A stretch of 63,964 bases of DNA, the filler included. It is 5 parts of 5 records of this genome, joined end to end, with 100 filler letters (N's around TTAATTAATTAA, not from the genome) between each part and the next. Parts side by side here need not be neighbours in the genome. Positions count along the whole stretch, not along the records: positions 1 to 20,389 come from SRR22947725_2650; 4 more parts are not named here. One strand, written 5' to 3'. Position 1 is the stretch's first letter, and every line of letters starts with the position of its first letter. Made by a program: the position numbers and the translations under genes. Below are positions 1 through 9,701 of the stretch, in pieces. The notes under the pieces were generated by a model. The model was given only the letters and a program-made list of their open reading frames with translations, made no database searches and had not been told where the DNA came from.

Positions 1-2
1 TT

Positions 3-986
3 ACTAAATATAAAGGATTGGTAACAGATGGAATTATTAGCGAAGAAAACTATAATGCTTATAAAAAGAACTTTCCAGCTCTTGTAGAAGTATCGCAAGT
101 TAGAAAAATTGCTCAAACTAATGCAGCAGGTGCTGCTGTTCTTTTAAATGATCCAAATAACTTTTCACAAATTAAAGAAAAAGAAAGAGATGCACTTATT
201 ACAGAAGTTAGAAAGAAAGCTGTATTTGATGGAAAACTTCTTGAATATAGTAATAGTGAAATCATTAATAAAAAAACTAAAGAATTAGTTGATAGATTAA
301 AAGGAACAAATCATGACAAAGTTTTTGGATTAAGCGAACAAGAACTTCAAACATTTAAAACAGGAGATGTAAATTATGATAAACAAATTACTATTCTTAA
401 TGATAAAATTAATCTAAATCAATTTAGTTTTAATTCTAATTATAATACTAATTCAAGTATTGTTGATAAAATTAATCTAGGAGAAATTAAAAATACTAAA
501 GATGGTTTTTTACTTGAAGGAGAAAAAGAACCTAAAAGTATTTTAGAAAGAGCAGGAGATGGTTCTATTAATGACAATGATCTTAATTTTTTAAGCACAA
601 TAACTTCTAGGTCTTTTAATAATACATTTGCTAATCAAGATAAAGAATATTTAAAATGGTTTAATAATCTTACACCTTTATTACAAGGTAATGTTTTTTT
701 AAGTTACTTTGATAAAGAGTATAATTCTAAAGCTAGTAATTTAAGACAAGTATATTATAAAAGATATATTGATGGTTTAAGAGCAGGAGTAGATATTTCA
801 GATTTATTATCTCCTAATTCTACAAATTATATTGCTAAAGATATAAAAAATGTTTTACCTAAAACTTCTGATTTATCAAGTATAGTACAATCTATTGCTG
901 AAGAATCTCCAGTTAAAGAAGCACCTGAAAGACTACCTAATGAAACAGCTTCAGAATACGATGCAAGAACATTAGGAGTAAAATGA
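3..986 (+). CDS. Phage internal virion (ejection) protein, 5'-truncated by the window edge
   Basis: Frame is open from position 3; lies just before the large internal virion protein; C-terminal RLPNETASEY motif is typical of such proteins. Confidence 0.55.
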   Translation, partial: TKYKGLVTDGIISEENYNAYKKNFPALVEVSQVRKIAQTNAAGAAVLLNDPNNFSQIKEKERDALITEVRKKAVFDGKLLEYSNSEIINKKTKELVDRLKGTNHDKVFGLSEQELQTFKTGDVNYDKQITILNDKINLNQFSFNSNYNTNSSIVDKINLGEIKNTKDGFLLEGEKEPKSILERAGDGSINDNDLNFLSTITSRSFNNTFANQDKEYLKWFNNLTPLLQGNVFLSYFDKEYNSKASNLRQVYYKRYIDGLRAGVDISDLLSPNSTNYIAKDIKNVLPKTSDLSSIVQSIAEESPVKEAPERLPNETASEYDARTLGVK

Positions 987-3900
987 ATTTAGCAGAAAGA
1001 GAACAAAAACTTAATGATGCTGGATTTAGCCAAAAAGAAATAGCTGATTGGAAAAAAGAAAAAATACAAAAGTTAAATGGTGCTGGTTTTAATAATCAAG
1101 AAATATTAGAAGCCTTTGGCACAACCAATAATAATAAAAAAGTTTATCAAGATTATTTTTCAGATATAAAAAAACAAATTATTAATGAGTATGAAACTGA
1201 AGAAATAGTATCTCCTGATGATGAGATGCTTTATCAATCTAAGATACAGGAAGGCGATCCTTTAACATTAAAAGAAGTTGTGGTGGGTAAACAATTTGAT
1301 GGTGATGCAATATTAAAAAGAGGTTATGGAAAAACTCTTTATGATATGACAACAAGATTAGCAAAGGGAGAAGGTTTGTCAGAAGAATTACTTAATCCTG
1401 AACCTGAAGATTATACATGGTTTGAAGGTTTATTAGAAAGAGGAACAACAATCGGTTTAGAACTTCCTATTTATGGTTTAAGTTTTCTTGGTGGAAATCT
1501 TGCAGGTGGTCCAATACCAGGTGCTTTTGCAGCTGGTGCTATTCCAGGTGCTGCACGAGCTACTATAGTAAAAGGTTTAGAACAACAATCCTATGGAGAG
1601 CCAGTTACTATTCTTAAAAATTTTTTACAAGAAGGATTAAAAGAAGGTGCAAAACAAGGTTTAACATTTGCAGCTACAGCTATTGCTCCACAATTAAGAG
1701 TGGGTGGAACAAAACTAGCAGACAAATATATAACTAGAGTTGCTTCACAACTAACAGCTTTTGAAGGTGTTGGAGCTACACTTAATGGTCAGTTACCTAC
1801 CTTAAAAGAATTTTCTTATTCAGCAGTTTTATTTGGTGGACTAGGTGCAGTACAACCTAGAAAAACTATGGAAGATAGAACTAAAAAAATATTTATTGAT
1901 ACAGGTAAAAAACCAAATCAAGTATTTAATGAAGCTATAACAAATAAAAGAATATTAGAAGATGTTGCTTCAAGATCGTATATTAGAGATTATGCAAAAT
2001 TATTAGAAAGAAAAACTCCAGAGAAAAAAATAAAAGAACCTGATAAAATATTTAAAGATGAGTTAGCAAATAAAGCTGCAGAAAATATAGTATTAAAACC
2101 AAGAGTAGAACCTTTAACAGTTTCAAGATTAAAAGAGATGGGATCAACTGTTAAAAGAAAATCTATTATTGAAGGTATAGATAATAAATATCCAATACTA
2201 GAAACAATGAGAAAAGCAAAAGTAAATACTAAAACTGGTATTGAAAAATTAAATTTATATGAACAAGCTAGAATTATGGAAGGTATGCCAAATAGAGCAG
2301 CATACTTTATTGAGTATAATACTTTAAACGCAAAAACTTTAGGTGATAAAGGTTTAGGATTAAAAGAAATCACAAAAGATATTGTTAAAGAAGGTAAAAA
2401 TAAAACACAATTATTTGAAACTTATTTATCAAATAGAAGAGCTATTGAATTAAACAATAGAGGTATTGAAACAGGTTTTAATATTGAAACAGCAAAACAA
2501 TTTACTAATAAATATAAAAAAACTTTTGAAGCAAAAGCTAAACAAACTGACAAATATCAAAGAGAACTTTTAGAATATGCTCGTGATGGTGGTTTTATAA
2601 CTAAAGAAGCATTTACAGCAATGACAGAAGCGAACAAAAATTATGTTACTTTTGCAAGAGAACTAATACAAGATGGTAAACCAGTTGTAGCTGAAGGATC
2701 AGTTAATCCTTTTAAACCCATTAAAGGTGCTAAATTAAGAGTATACCCACCATTAGAACAAATGGTTAAGAACACTAACACTATTGTTAATGCTGTTGAA
2801 AGAAATAAAGTTAAAATAAATTTTGTAGATTTAGTAGAAAAAACTAAAAAGAAAGATCCTAATTCATTTCCATTTATTAATAAAGTCAATCCTAAAACTA
2901 CTAAAAAACCTAAAGAAGATTTAATGACAGTAAGAAGAGATGGTAAATTAGAAACTTGGGATGTAGGTAAAGATATTAAAACTGCTTTTACAACTTTAGA
3001 TCAGCAAGGTTCAAATATGCTTTATAATTATTTAGGCGCTCCTGCTAGAACTTTAAGAGCTGGTGCAATATTAATACCTGACTTTGCTGTACCAAACTTT
3101 TTTAGAGATACTATGCAAGCTAGTTTTTTAAATAAAGTTGGTTTTGTTCCAATACAAGATTCTGTGATTGGAGCATTTAATATTATTACCAAAGGTAATA
3201 ATAAAAAAACTATGGCAATGTATAAAAAATATGTGAAGTCTGGAGGTATGCAATCTACCCTACTTGCTGTTGATAAACCTAATATCTTTGATGGTAAAGT
3301 GTATGATATTCTTTCTAAAGGTCCAGTAAGAAATTCTAATAGAGGTCCATTAGCTCCATTTAGAGCATTAACTCAATTATCAGAGGAGATGACAAGATTT
3401 AGAATATTTGAAAAAACATATAAAAGAGCTATTGAAAAAGGTTTAACAGAAAAACAAGCTATGGAAAGAGGAGGTTTTGAAGCAAGAAATCTTTTAGATT
3501 ATGCAAAACGAGGATCGTTAGGAAATAATATAAATAGACTTGTGCCTTTTTGGAACGCAAGGGTTCAAGGTTTAACAAGATTATATGAAGCCTTTAGAGA
3601 TGATTTTGCAAGAACCACGGCTATGATTGGTGCTTATGTAGCTATACCAACTCTAGGTTTTTATATGTTAAATTATGACGATGCGGATTATAGAGATGAA
3701 CCTGAGTGGTTAAAACAAAATTATTATTATTTTAAAATAAATGACAAACCTTACAGATTTCCAAAACCATTTGAGGTAGGAACATTAGTATCATCAGTTA
3801 TTGAAAAAAGTTTAGATTGGGTAAGAACAAACGAACCTCAAGAATGGAGTAGATTTACAAAACAATTTTTTATTAATAATGCAAAAGGATTTTATCCTAT

Positions 3901-4609
3901 TCCAACATCTGTAAGACCACTTATGGAAAATTTTGCAAACTACAGTATCTTTAGAGATGCTCCTGTAGTACCTAAATCTTTAGATAAAAATTTATCAAAC
4001 AAATTTTATTACACAGAATATACCTCTGAAACCATTAAACTATTTTCTGAAATAGTTAATGGCATTGTAGGAGATGACAGCTTTTTAGCAATGAAACCTA
4101 TTCACGCAGAAAATGTATTTAGGTCTTGGACAGGTGGTTTAGGTAGATATGCTTTAGATATTTTAGACTATGCTTTAATCAAAGCTAACATTATAGATGA
4201 TCCTATTAAACCAACAGATACTTTATCTAAAATACCAGTAGTAAGAGCCTTTGATGTTAGAGATGTGCCTGGTTATTCCTCTACTGCTTTAACTAGATTT
4301 TTTGAGGAACTTGAACCTATAGAAAAAGCATTTAACGACATAGACTTATTAAAGAAAACAGGTCAAATAGAAGAATTAGAAAAAGTTTTAAAGACTGCTC
4401 CTTATGATAAAAAATTTATGATGACTTACAAGAAGTCAATAAAAGAGTTAGACAAGAGTATAAGACAGATATATAACACTAAAGAGCTTGCTGATGGAAC
4501 TAAATTAACTCCAGATGAGAAGAGAGAATTGATAGATAATCAGTATAGACTTATGATAAATTTTGCAAAACAAGCCTTAAATAGTCTTGATAAAATGAAG
4601 GATAAATAA
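983..4609 (+). CDS. Large internal virion/ejection protein with C-terminal LPD38-like domain
   Basis: 1208 aa; duplicated N-terminal L-x-x-AGF-x-x-x-EI motif; C-terminal PFWNARVQG...PEWLKQNYYYF...RFPKPFEVG; directly before the tail fibre. Confidence 0.7.
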   Translation: MNLAEREQKLNDAGFSQKEIADWKKEKIQKLNGAGFNNQEILEAFGTTNNNKKVYQDYFSDIKKQIINEYETEEIVSPDDEMLYQSKIQEGDPLTLKEVVVGKQFDGDAILKRGYGKTLYDMTTRLAKGEGLSEELLNPEPEDYTWFEGLLERGTTIGLELPIYGLSFLGGNLAGGPIPGAFAAGAIPGAARATIVKGLEQQSYGEPVTILKNFLQEGLKEGAKQGLTFAATAIAPQLRVGGTKLADKYITRVASQLTAFEGVGATLNGQLPTLKEFSYSAVLFGGLGAVQPRKTMEDRTKKIFIDTGKKPNQVFNEAITNKRILEDVASRSYIRDYAKLLERKTPEKKIKEPDKIFKDELANKAAENIVLKPRVEPLTVSRLKEMGSTVKRKSIIEGIDNKYPILETMRKAKVNTKTGIEKLNLYEQARIMEGMPNRAAYFIEYNTLNAKTLGDKGLGLKEITKDIVKEGKNKTQLFETYLSNRRAIELNNRGIETGFNIETAKQFTNKYKKTFEAKAKQTDKYQRELLEYARDGGFITKEAFTAMTEANKNYVTFARELIQDGKPVVAEGSVNPFKPIKGAKLRVYPPLEQMVKNTNTIVNAVERNKVKINFVDLVEKTKKKDPNSFPFINKVNPKTTKKPKEDLMTVRRDGKLETWDVGKDIKTAFTTLDQQGSNMLYNYLGAPARTLRAGAILIPDFAVPNFFRDTMQASFLNKVGFVPIQDSVIGAFNIITKGNNKKTMAMYKKYVKSGGMQSTLLAVDKPNIFDGKVYDILSKGPVRNSNRGPLAPFRALTQLSEEMTRFRIFEKTYKRAIEKGLTEKQAMERGGFEARNLLDYAKRGSLGNNINRLVPFWNARVQGLTRLYEAFRDDFARTTAMIGAYVAIPTLGFYMLNYDDADYRDEPEWLKQNYYYFKINDKPYRFPKPFEVGTLVSSVIEKSLDWVRTNEPQEWSRFTKQFFINNAKGFYPIPTSVRPLMENFANYSIFRDAPVVPKSLDKNLSNKFYYTEYTSETIKLFSEIVNGIVGDDSFLAMKPIHAENVFRSWTGGLGRYALDILDYALIKANIIDDPIKPTDTLSKIPVVRAFDVRDVPGYSSTALTRFFEELEPIEKAFNDIDLLKKTGQIEELEKVLKTAPYDKKFMMTYKKSIKELDKSIRQIYNTKELADGTKLTPDEKRELIDNQYRLMINFAKQALNSLDKMKDK

Positions 4610-4623
4610 TATAGACAAGTAAT

Positions 4624-7029
4624 ATGACAATATCTTCAACAACAGTTAAAAATTCATATTCAGGCAATGGTAGTAATGACACCTTTGTTTATGGTTTTAA
4701 GATATTTGCCAATACAGATTTACAAGTTATCATTAGGTCTGCTGCAGGAACAGAGACAACCAAAACTTTAACAACTCATTATACAGTCACAGGTGTAGGT
4801 AGTGCTTCAGGAGGTAATGTCGTATTTACTGCAGGCAATATTCCTACTGCCACAGAGACAGTTGTTTTAATTAGGAATGTCCCGCAAACTCAGGCGATAG
4901 ATTATATCGCTAATGATCCATTCCCTGCGGAGACACACGAAGAGGGTTTGGATCGTGCAACCATGACAACTCAACAAGTTCAAGAAGAACTTAATCGATC
5001 CATAAAACTTTCAAGAACGAACACCATGACCTCTACAGAATTTACTGTGGGTGCAACAGAAAGAGCTAATAAAATTCTAGCTTTTGATAGTGCAGGAGAA
5101 ATTTCAGTAACACAAGAATTAGGAACATACCAAGGAACAGACGCAACAGTAACTACAGAAGCCTATGTGGTAAGAGATATAGTTAAATCAACAACTGCAG
5201 CTCAATTAAACAATGTTTATATTTGTATAGCTGATTCTGTTGTTGGAGATTTATTAACAGATACAGATCATTTTGAATTATTAGTTGATGCGGTATCAGC
5301 GGCAACGAGTGCAACAGCTGCTGCAACTTCTGCTACAGCAAGTGCTAATAGTGCAACAGCAAGTGCTAATTCAGCTACAGCTTCTGCAAACTCTGCGACA
5401 GCTGCAGCTACTTCTGCAACTAATGCTGCAACAAGTGAAACAAATGCGGCAGCATCTTTTGATAGTTTTGATGATAGATACTTAGGTGCTAAATCAAGTG
5501 ATCCAACAGTCGACAATGATGGTGATGCTTTATTAACTGGAGCATTATACTTTAATTCTTCAGATAATGTAATGAAAAATTACACAGGTTCTGCTTGGGA
5601 AACTTTAAAACCTACTTCTGCGGAACAAACAAATATTAATACTTTAGCTGCTGCGGATGTAGTAGCAGATATGGCGATCTTAGCCACAGCAGACATTGTT
5701 GCTGACATGAATACTTTAGGAACAGCAGATGTAGTCTCTGACATGAACACGTTAGCTACAGCAGATGTCGTTTCAGATATGAATACTCTTGCAACAGCAG
5801 ACGTTGTGGCAGATATGAATACATTAGGAACTGCTGATGTAGTAGCTGATATGAACACATTAGGAACTGCGGATGTGGTAACTGATATGAATACTTTAGG
5901 TACAGCATCGAATGTAACTAACATGGCAACTGTTGCTGCAAATATTACAGGAGTTAATTCTTTTGCAGAAAGATATAGAGTTGATAGTTCTGATCCTACA
6001 ACAAGTTTAGATGAAGGTGATCTTGCGTTTAATACTACAGATAATAATTTAAAATTTTATAACGGAACAGCTTGGACATCTATCTCACCAGGTATAGCAA
6101 ATGTTGTAGATGATTCAACACCACAACTAGGTGGTGACTTAGATGTACAAACTAATTCGATTGTAACAACAAGTAATAGAAATGTTTTATTAGCTCCTAA
6201 TGGTACAGGACTTGTTGAAATAAAAGGAAATGATAATGCTGGTCAAATACAATTAAATTGTGAACAAAATTCTCATGGTGTTAAAATTAAAGGACCACCA
6301 CATAGTGCTGGTCAATCTTATACTTTAACTTTACCATCAAGTATTACCAATGATTATTATTTAAAAACAGATGGTTCAGGTAATTTATCTTTTGCAGCAG
6401 TACCTACAGAAACTAAACCTACTGTGGCAGATGTATCACAAACGATAGCACCAGATACAGCTACAACAATAAATATTACAGGAACAAACTTTGTTACTAT
6501 ACCTATTGTTGATTTTATCAATGCTTCTACTGGAGCTACAACAAGAGCAAATACAGTTTCATTTACCAATGCTACAACACTTTCAGTTAATTTAACTTTA
6601 GCAAGTGGTAACTATTTTGTAAGAATAGAAAATCCAGATGGTAATGCTGGAAGATCAACAAACAATATTATTACTGCATCTATTGCTCCAAGTTTTTCTA
6701 CAGCAGCAGGTTCATTAGGTACGATTGCTGCAGGTTCATCAGTATCTTTATCAGTTGCTGCATCATCAGATAGTAATGTAACAATAACTGAAACAACTGC
6801 TGTATTAACATCTAATGCTAATACTCCAGCTGGAACAATGAATTTAACTTTATCAGGAACACCAGCGACAAGTGCAACTTACAATATTACAGGAACTGCA
6901 CCATCACCTACAGGTGAAACAACTTATAACTTTACACTTAGAGCAACAGATGTTGAAGGTCAAACTGCAGATAGAGCCTTTTCAATTACTGTAAGTGTTG
7001 GTATAAACAACTCAGGACAATTTAATTAG
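4624..7029 (+). CDS. Tail fibre protein (N-terminal attachment domain, Ala/Ser/Thr-rich and 12-aa repeat stalk, C-terminal IPT/Ig-like domains)
   Basis: N-terminus MTISSTTVKNSYSGNG...F-x-Y-x-FKIF; SATA repeats; PQLGGDLD motif; ITGTNF...ENPDG...YNFTLRATD Ig-like modules. Confidence 0.85.
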   Translation: MTISSTTVKNSYSGNGSNDTFVYGFKIFANTDLQVIIRSAAGTETTKTLTTHYTVTGVGSASGGNVVFTAGNIPTATETVVLIRNVPQTQAIDYIANDPFPAETHEEGLDRATMTTQQVQEELNRSIKLSRTNTMTSTEFTVGATERANKILAFDSAGEISVTQELGTYQGTDATVTTEAYVVRDIVKSTTAAQLNNVYICIADSVVGDLLTDTDHFELLVDAVSAATSATAAATSATASANSATASANSATASANSATAAATSATNAATSETNAAASFDSFDDRYLGAKSSDPTVDNDGDALLTGALYFNSSDNVMKNYTGSAWETLKPTSAEQTNINTLAAADVVADMAILATADIVADMNTLGTADVVSDMNTLATADVVSDMNTLATADVVADMNTLGTADVVADMNTLGTADVVTDMNTLGTASNVTNMATVAANITGVNSFAERYRVDSSDPTTSLDEGDLAFNTTDNNLKFYNGTAWTSISPGIANVVDDSTPQLGGDLDVQTNSIVTTSNRNVLLAPNGTGLVEIKGNDNAGQIQLNCEQNSHGVKIKGPPHSAGQSYTLTLPSSITNDYYLKTDGSGNLSFAAVPTETKPTVADVSQTIAPDTATTINITGTNFVTIPIVDFINASTGATTRANTVSFTNATTLSVNLTLASGNYFVRIENPDGNAGRSTNNIITASIAPSFSTAAGSLGTIAAGSSVSLSVAASSDSNVTITETTAVLTSNANTPAGTMNLTLSGTPATSATYNITGTAPSPTGETTYNFTLRATDVEGQTADRAFSITVSVGINNSGQFN
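5641..5928 (+). repeat. Coding tandem repeat, 8 x 36 bp (consensus TL[G/A]TADVV[A/S]DMN)
   Basis: Units visible directly at 36-nt period, with many synonymous differences. Confidence 0.9.
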
Positions 7030-7038
7030 GAATATATT

Positions 7039-8391
7039 ATGGCATCAACTTATATAACAAGAACAGTATCATCAGCTGGTAATCAAAAAACTTGGACTCT
7101 TTCTTTTTGGTTTAAAAGAACTAGTGATGTAGTTAATGGTGATGCTTATATATTTTCTTATGCACAAGGAAGTGGTCAAGCAAGAGGTGCAATAGATATA
7201 GAAGATAATGATCAAACATTTAGAGTACAATTTAATCCAACAGGAAGTTCTTGGACTACACATACAGTATCAAATAGAAAATTTAGAGATGTATCAGCTT
7301 GGATGCACATAGTAGTTAAATGCGATACTACACAAGCAACAGACTCAAACAGATTAAAAGTTTATATTAATGGTGAAAATCAAACATTAGATAGTTACCC
7401 AGCACAAAACTTTGATACAGGTTTTAATGCATCTTATCAACATACTATTGGAAGATATGAAGATAGTGATAGTAGTCATTTAGATGGTTTATTAACTCAT
7501 GTTCATTGGACAGATGGCTATGCTTATGACGCATCAGACTTTGGCGAAAGCGATTCTGTCAGTTCGATTTGGAAGCCGAAAACTGCACCATCTGTAACTT
7601 ATGGAAATAATGGTTTCTTTTTAAAATTTGAAAATAGTGGTGCTATGGGTACAGACAGTTCAGGTAACTCAAACACATTTACAGTTAATGGAACACTAAC
7701 TCAAAATGTAGATACACCTAGTAATAACTTTGCAACTTGGAATCCTTTAGAAAATTATTATCAATCTGCAACATTATCAAATGGAAATACAACAATTCAA
7801 ACAGGAACTTCACAATATTCTCCATCAAGTTCTACTTTAGGTGTATCAAGTGGTAAATGGTATTGGGAAGTAGAATATGATGCTTTAAGTGGTGGTTCTG
7901 ATGTTGCTTATGTTGGAGTTTTATCTCAATTTGCAACAAGTTCTACAACAACTTTAGGAACTAATGCAAATGATTATGGATATTATGTAAATGGAAATTA
8001 TTATAATAATAACACAGGAACTGCTTATGGAACCACTTATACAACAGGGGATATAATTGGTGTTGCGTTAGATTTAGATAATAACAAATTATATTTTTCT
8101 AAAAATGGAACTTGGCAAAATAGCGGTGACCCTGAAAGTGGTGCAACTGGAACAGGTGCTATTTCAATTACAAACCCAACATCAACAACTAATGGTGCAT
8201 ATTTTCCATCTATTTGTGATGGAAGTTCTAGTTATAATGCAACATTTAAAACAAACTTCGGCAACGGATATTTTGGCACAACTGCTGTAGCTTCATCAAA
8301 TAGTGATGGTGATGGACTAGGATTATTTGAATATTCTGTTCCATCAGGTTATTATGCTTTATGTACTAAAAATATAAAAAACTATGGATAA
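7039..8391 (+). CDS. Tail-associated receptor-binding protein, LamG/concanavalin-A plus SPRY domains
   Basis: WTLSFWFKR, FRDVSAWMHIV (LamG); SSGKWYWEV, GDIIGVALDLDNNKLYFSKNG, NFG (SPRY). Confidence 0.8.
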   Translation: MASTYITRTVSSAGNQKTWTLSFWFKRTSDVVNGDAYIFSYAQGSGQARGAIDIEDNDQTFRVQFNPTGSSWTTHTVSNRKFRDVSAWMHIVVKCDTTQATDSNRLKVYINGENQTLDSYPAQNFDTGFNASYQHTIGRYEDSDSSHLDGLLTHVHWTDGYAYDASDFGESDSVSSIWKPKTAPSVTYGNNGFFLKFENSGAMGTDSSGNSNTFTVNGTLTQNVDTPSNNFATWNPLENYYQSATLSNGNTTIQTGTSQYSPSSSTLGVSSGKWYWEVEYDALSGGSDVAYVGVLSQFATSSTTTLGTNANDYGYYVNGNYYNNNTGTAYGTTYTTGDIIGVALDLDNNKLYFSKNGTWQNSGDPESGATGTGAISITNPTSTTNGAYFPSICDGSSSYNATFKTNFGNGYFGTTAVASSNSDGDGLGLFEYSVPSGYYALCTKNIKNYG

Positions 8392-8397
8392 TTAATT

Positions 8398-8487
8398 ATG
8401 GCTTTACATTCGTTTCACTCATGCAAAGAAAACTTTTCTTTGATTTATCAAAGCAAAGAAATTCAACAATATAAGGAGATATTGTAA
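8398..8487 (+). CDS. 29-aa mini-ORF (MALHSFHSCKENFSLIYQSKEIQQYKEIL) in a structured spacer
   Basis: Read manually: ATG 8398, TAA 8485-8487, 2 nt before the next ATG. Confidence 0.35.
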   Translation: MALHSFHSCKENFSLIYQSKEIQQYKEIL

Positions 8488-8489
8488 TT

Positions 8490-9551
8490 ATGGCTTATAT
8501 TTCATTTCAACCATCAGATTATTTTAATACTAAACTTTGGACAGGTAATTCAAGCACTCAATCCATAACAGGAAACAATTTTATTGCTGATTTAACTTGG
8601 AGCAAAACAAGAAGTAACGCTGAAAGTCATATTTTGATGGACACAGTAAGAGATGCTGGAACTACATTAAATCAGCAAATCAAATCAGATTCTGCTAGTG
8701 CAGAAGGAGATTTGGGTAGCTCATCAACTTTGACAGTTAATTCAACAGGATTTGATTTATCAGGAACAACTGGTGGTCCATTAAATTTTAATGGTTACAC
8801 TTACGTAACTTGGCTTTGGAGAGCAGGTGGTCACACAGGTTCATCAAACACAGACGGAAGTATAACATCAACAGTTTCAGCAAATACAACATCAGGTTTT
8901 TCAATAGTTAGTTATACTGGTAATGGAACTTTAGGTGCTACAGTTGGTCATGGTCTTGGACAAACTCCTGGTGTGTTTCTAACAAAACGTTTAAGTGGAA
9001 CATCATCTTGGGGAATGTATCATCAATCAACAGGTGCAGGTGGTTTTATGGAATTTAATGGTACAAGTGGGTTACAATCTAATGTTGCTTATTTTAATAA
9101 TACAGCACCTACTTCAAGTGTATTTTCAATAGGAACTGATGCTGTAAATAATACTAGTGGCTCAACATACATAGCTTACTGCTTCGCAGAGAAAAAAGGA
9201 TTTAGCAAGTTTGGGTCTTATGTTGGTAATGGTAATGCTGATGGTACATTTATTTACACAGGATTTAAACCTGCTTTTCTTTTATATAAATGCTCATCAG
9301 ATAATTTTACTAATTGGCAAGTTTTCGATAATAAAAGAAGTACATATAATTTAGCAGTTAATAGATTAAATCCTAATGATAGTAGTGTTGAATTATCAAC
9401 AACAGCAGATTCTTTTGACTTATTAAGTAATGGATTTAAAGCAAGAGGAACTGCAAGTAATTCAAACAATTCAGGTTCAACATTTATCTACATGGCTTTC
9501 AGCGAAGAAAGTATCGTATCATCAAATGGTGTCCCAGCTGTTGCCAGATAG
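8490..9551 (+). CDS. Tail-associated receptor-binding/structural protein (repeated YTGNG...HGLG...YIAYCFA modules)
   Basis: YFNTKLWTGN, GFSIVSYTGNG, VGHGLG, YIAYCFAE, FSKFGSYVGNG motifs are typical of marine phage tail proteins; SD AAGGAG. Confidence 0.75.
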   Translation: MAYISFQPSDYFNTKLWTGNSSTQSITGNNFIADLTWSKTRSNAESHILMDTVRDAGTTLNQQIKSDSASAEGDLGSSSTLTVNSTGFDLSGTTGGPLNFNGYTYVTWLWRAGGHTGSSNTDGSITSTVSANTTSGFSIVSYTGNGTLGATVGHGLGQTPGVFLTKRLSGTSSWGMYHQSTGAGGFMEFNGTSGLQSNVAYFNNTAPTSSVFSIGTDAVNNTSGSTYIAYCFAEKKGFSKFGSYVGNGNADGTFIYTGFKPAFLLYKCSSDNFTNWQVFDNKRSTYNLAVNRLNPNDSSVELSTTADSFDLLSNGFKARGTASNSNNSGSTFIYMAFSEESIVSSNGVPAVAR

Positions 9552-9701
9552 TTTTACTATCTGACAAAGAATAAAATCAAAGATTTTAAGCTACGGCTCG
9601 TTAATAAATTAACGAGAATGAGACAAATCTCAAGATAGAATGAGATAAATCTCAAGCAAGATAAACTATAAATTATAAACATTATCTGTTAATAAATTAG
9701 C
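9541..9701. repeat. Run of about 7 consecutive short inverted repeats, including the direct repeats AATGAGA(C/T)AAATCTCAAG x2 and GTTAATAAATTA x2
   Basis: Stems at 9541-9567, 9572-9588, 9597-9616, 9619-9632, 9641-9654, 9659-9687 and 9688-9701. Confidence 0.75.

Noticed and set aside
5641-5928. 36-bp periodic repeat as a CRISPR array
   Set aside because: Units are contiguous, in-frame and lack spacers; variation is synonymous; no cas genes.
1990-9469. Antisense and nested ORFs within virion and tail genes (e.g. 1990-2373, 5268-5516, 5580-5924, 8105-8290)
   Set aside because: Shadow frames of repetitive or codon-biased genes, with no SD or motifs.
7039-9551. Diversity-generating retroelement acting on the tail genes
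   Set aside because: No reverse transcriptase and no template/variable repeat pair differing at adenines was seen in the contig.
9616-9656. Two 18-bp repeats as a mini-CRISPR
   Set aside because: Only two short copies with a gap of about 4 nt; reported as part of the hairpin array instead.
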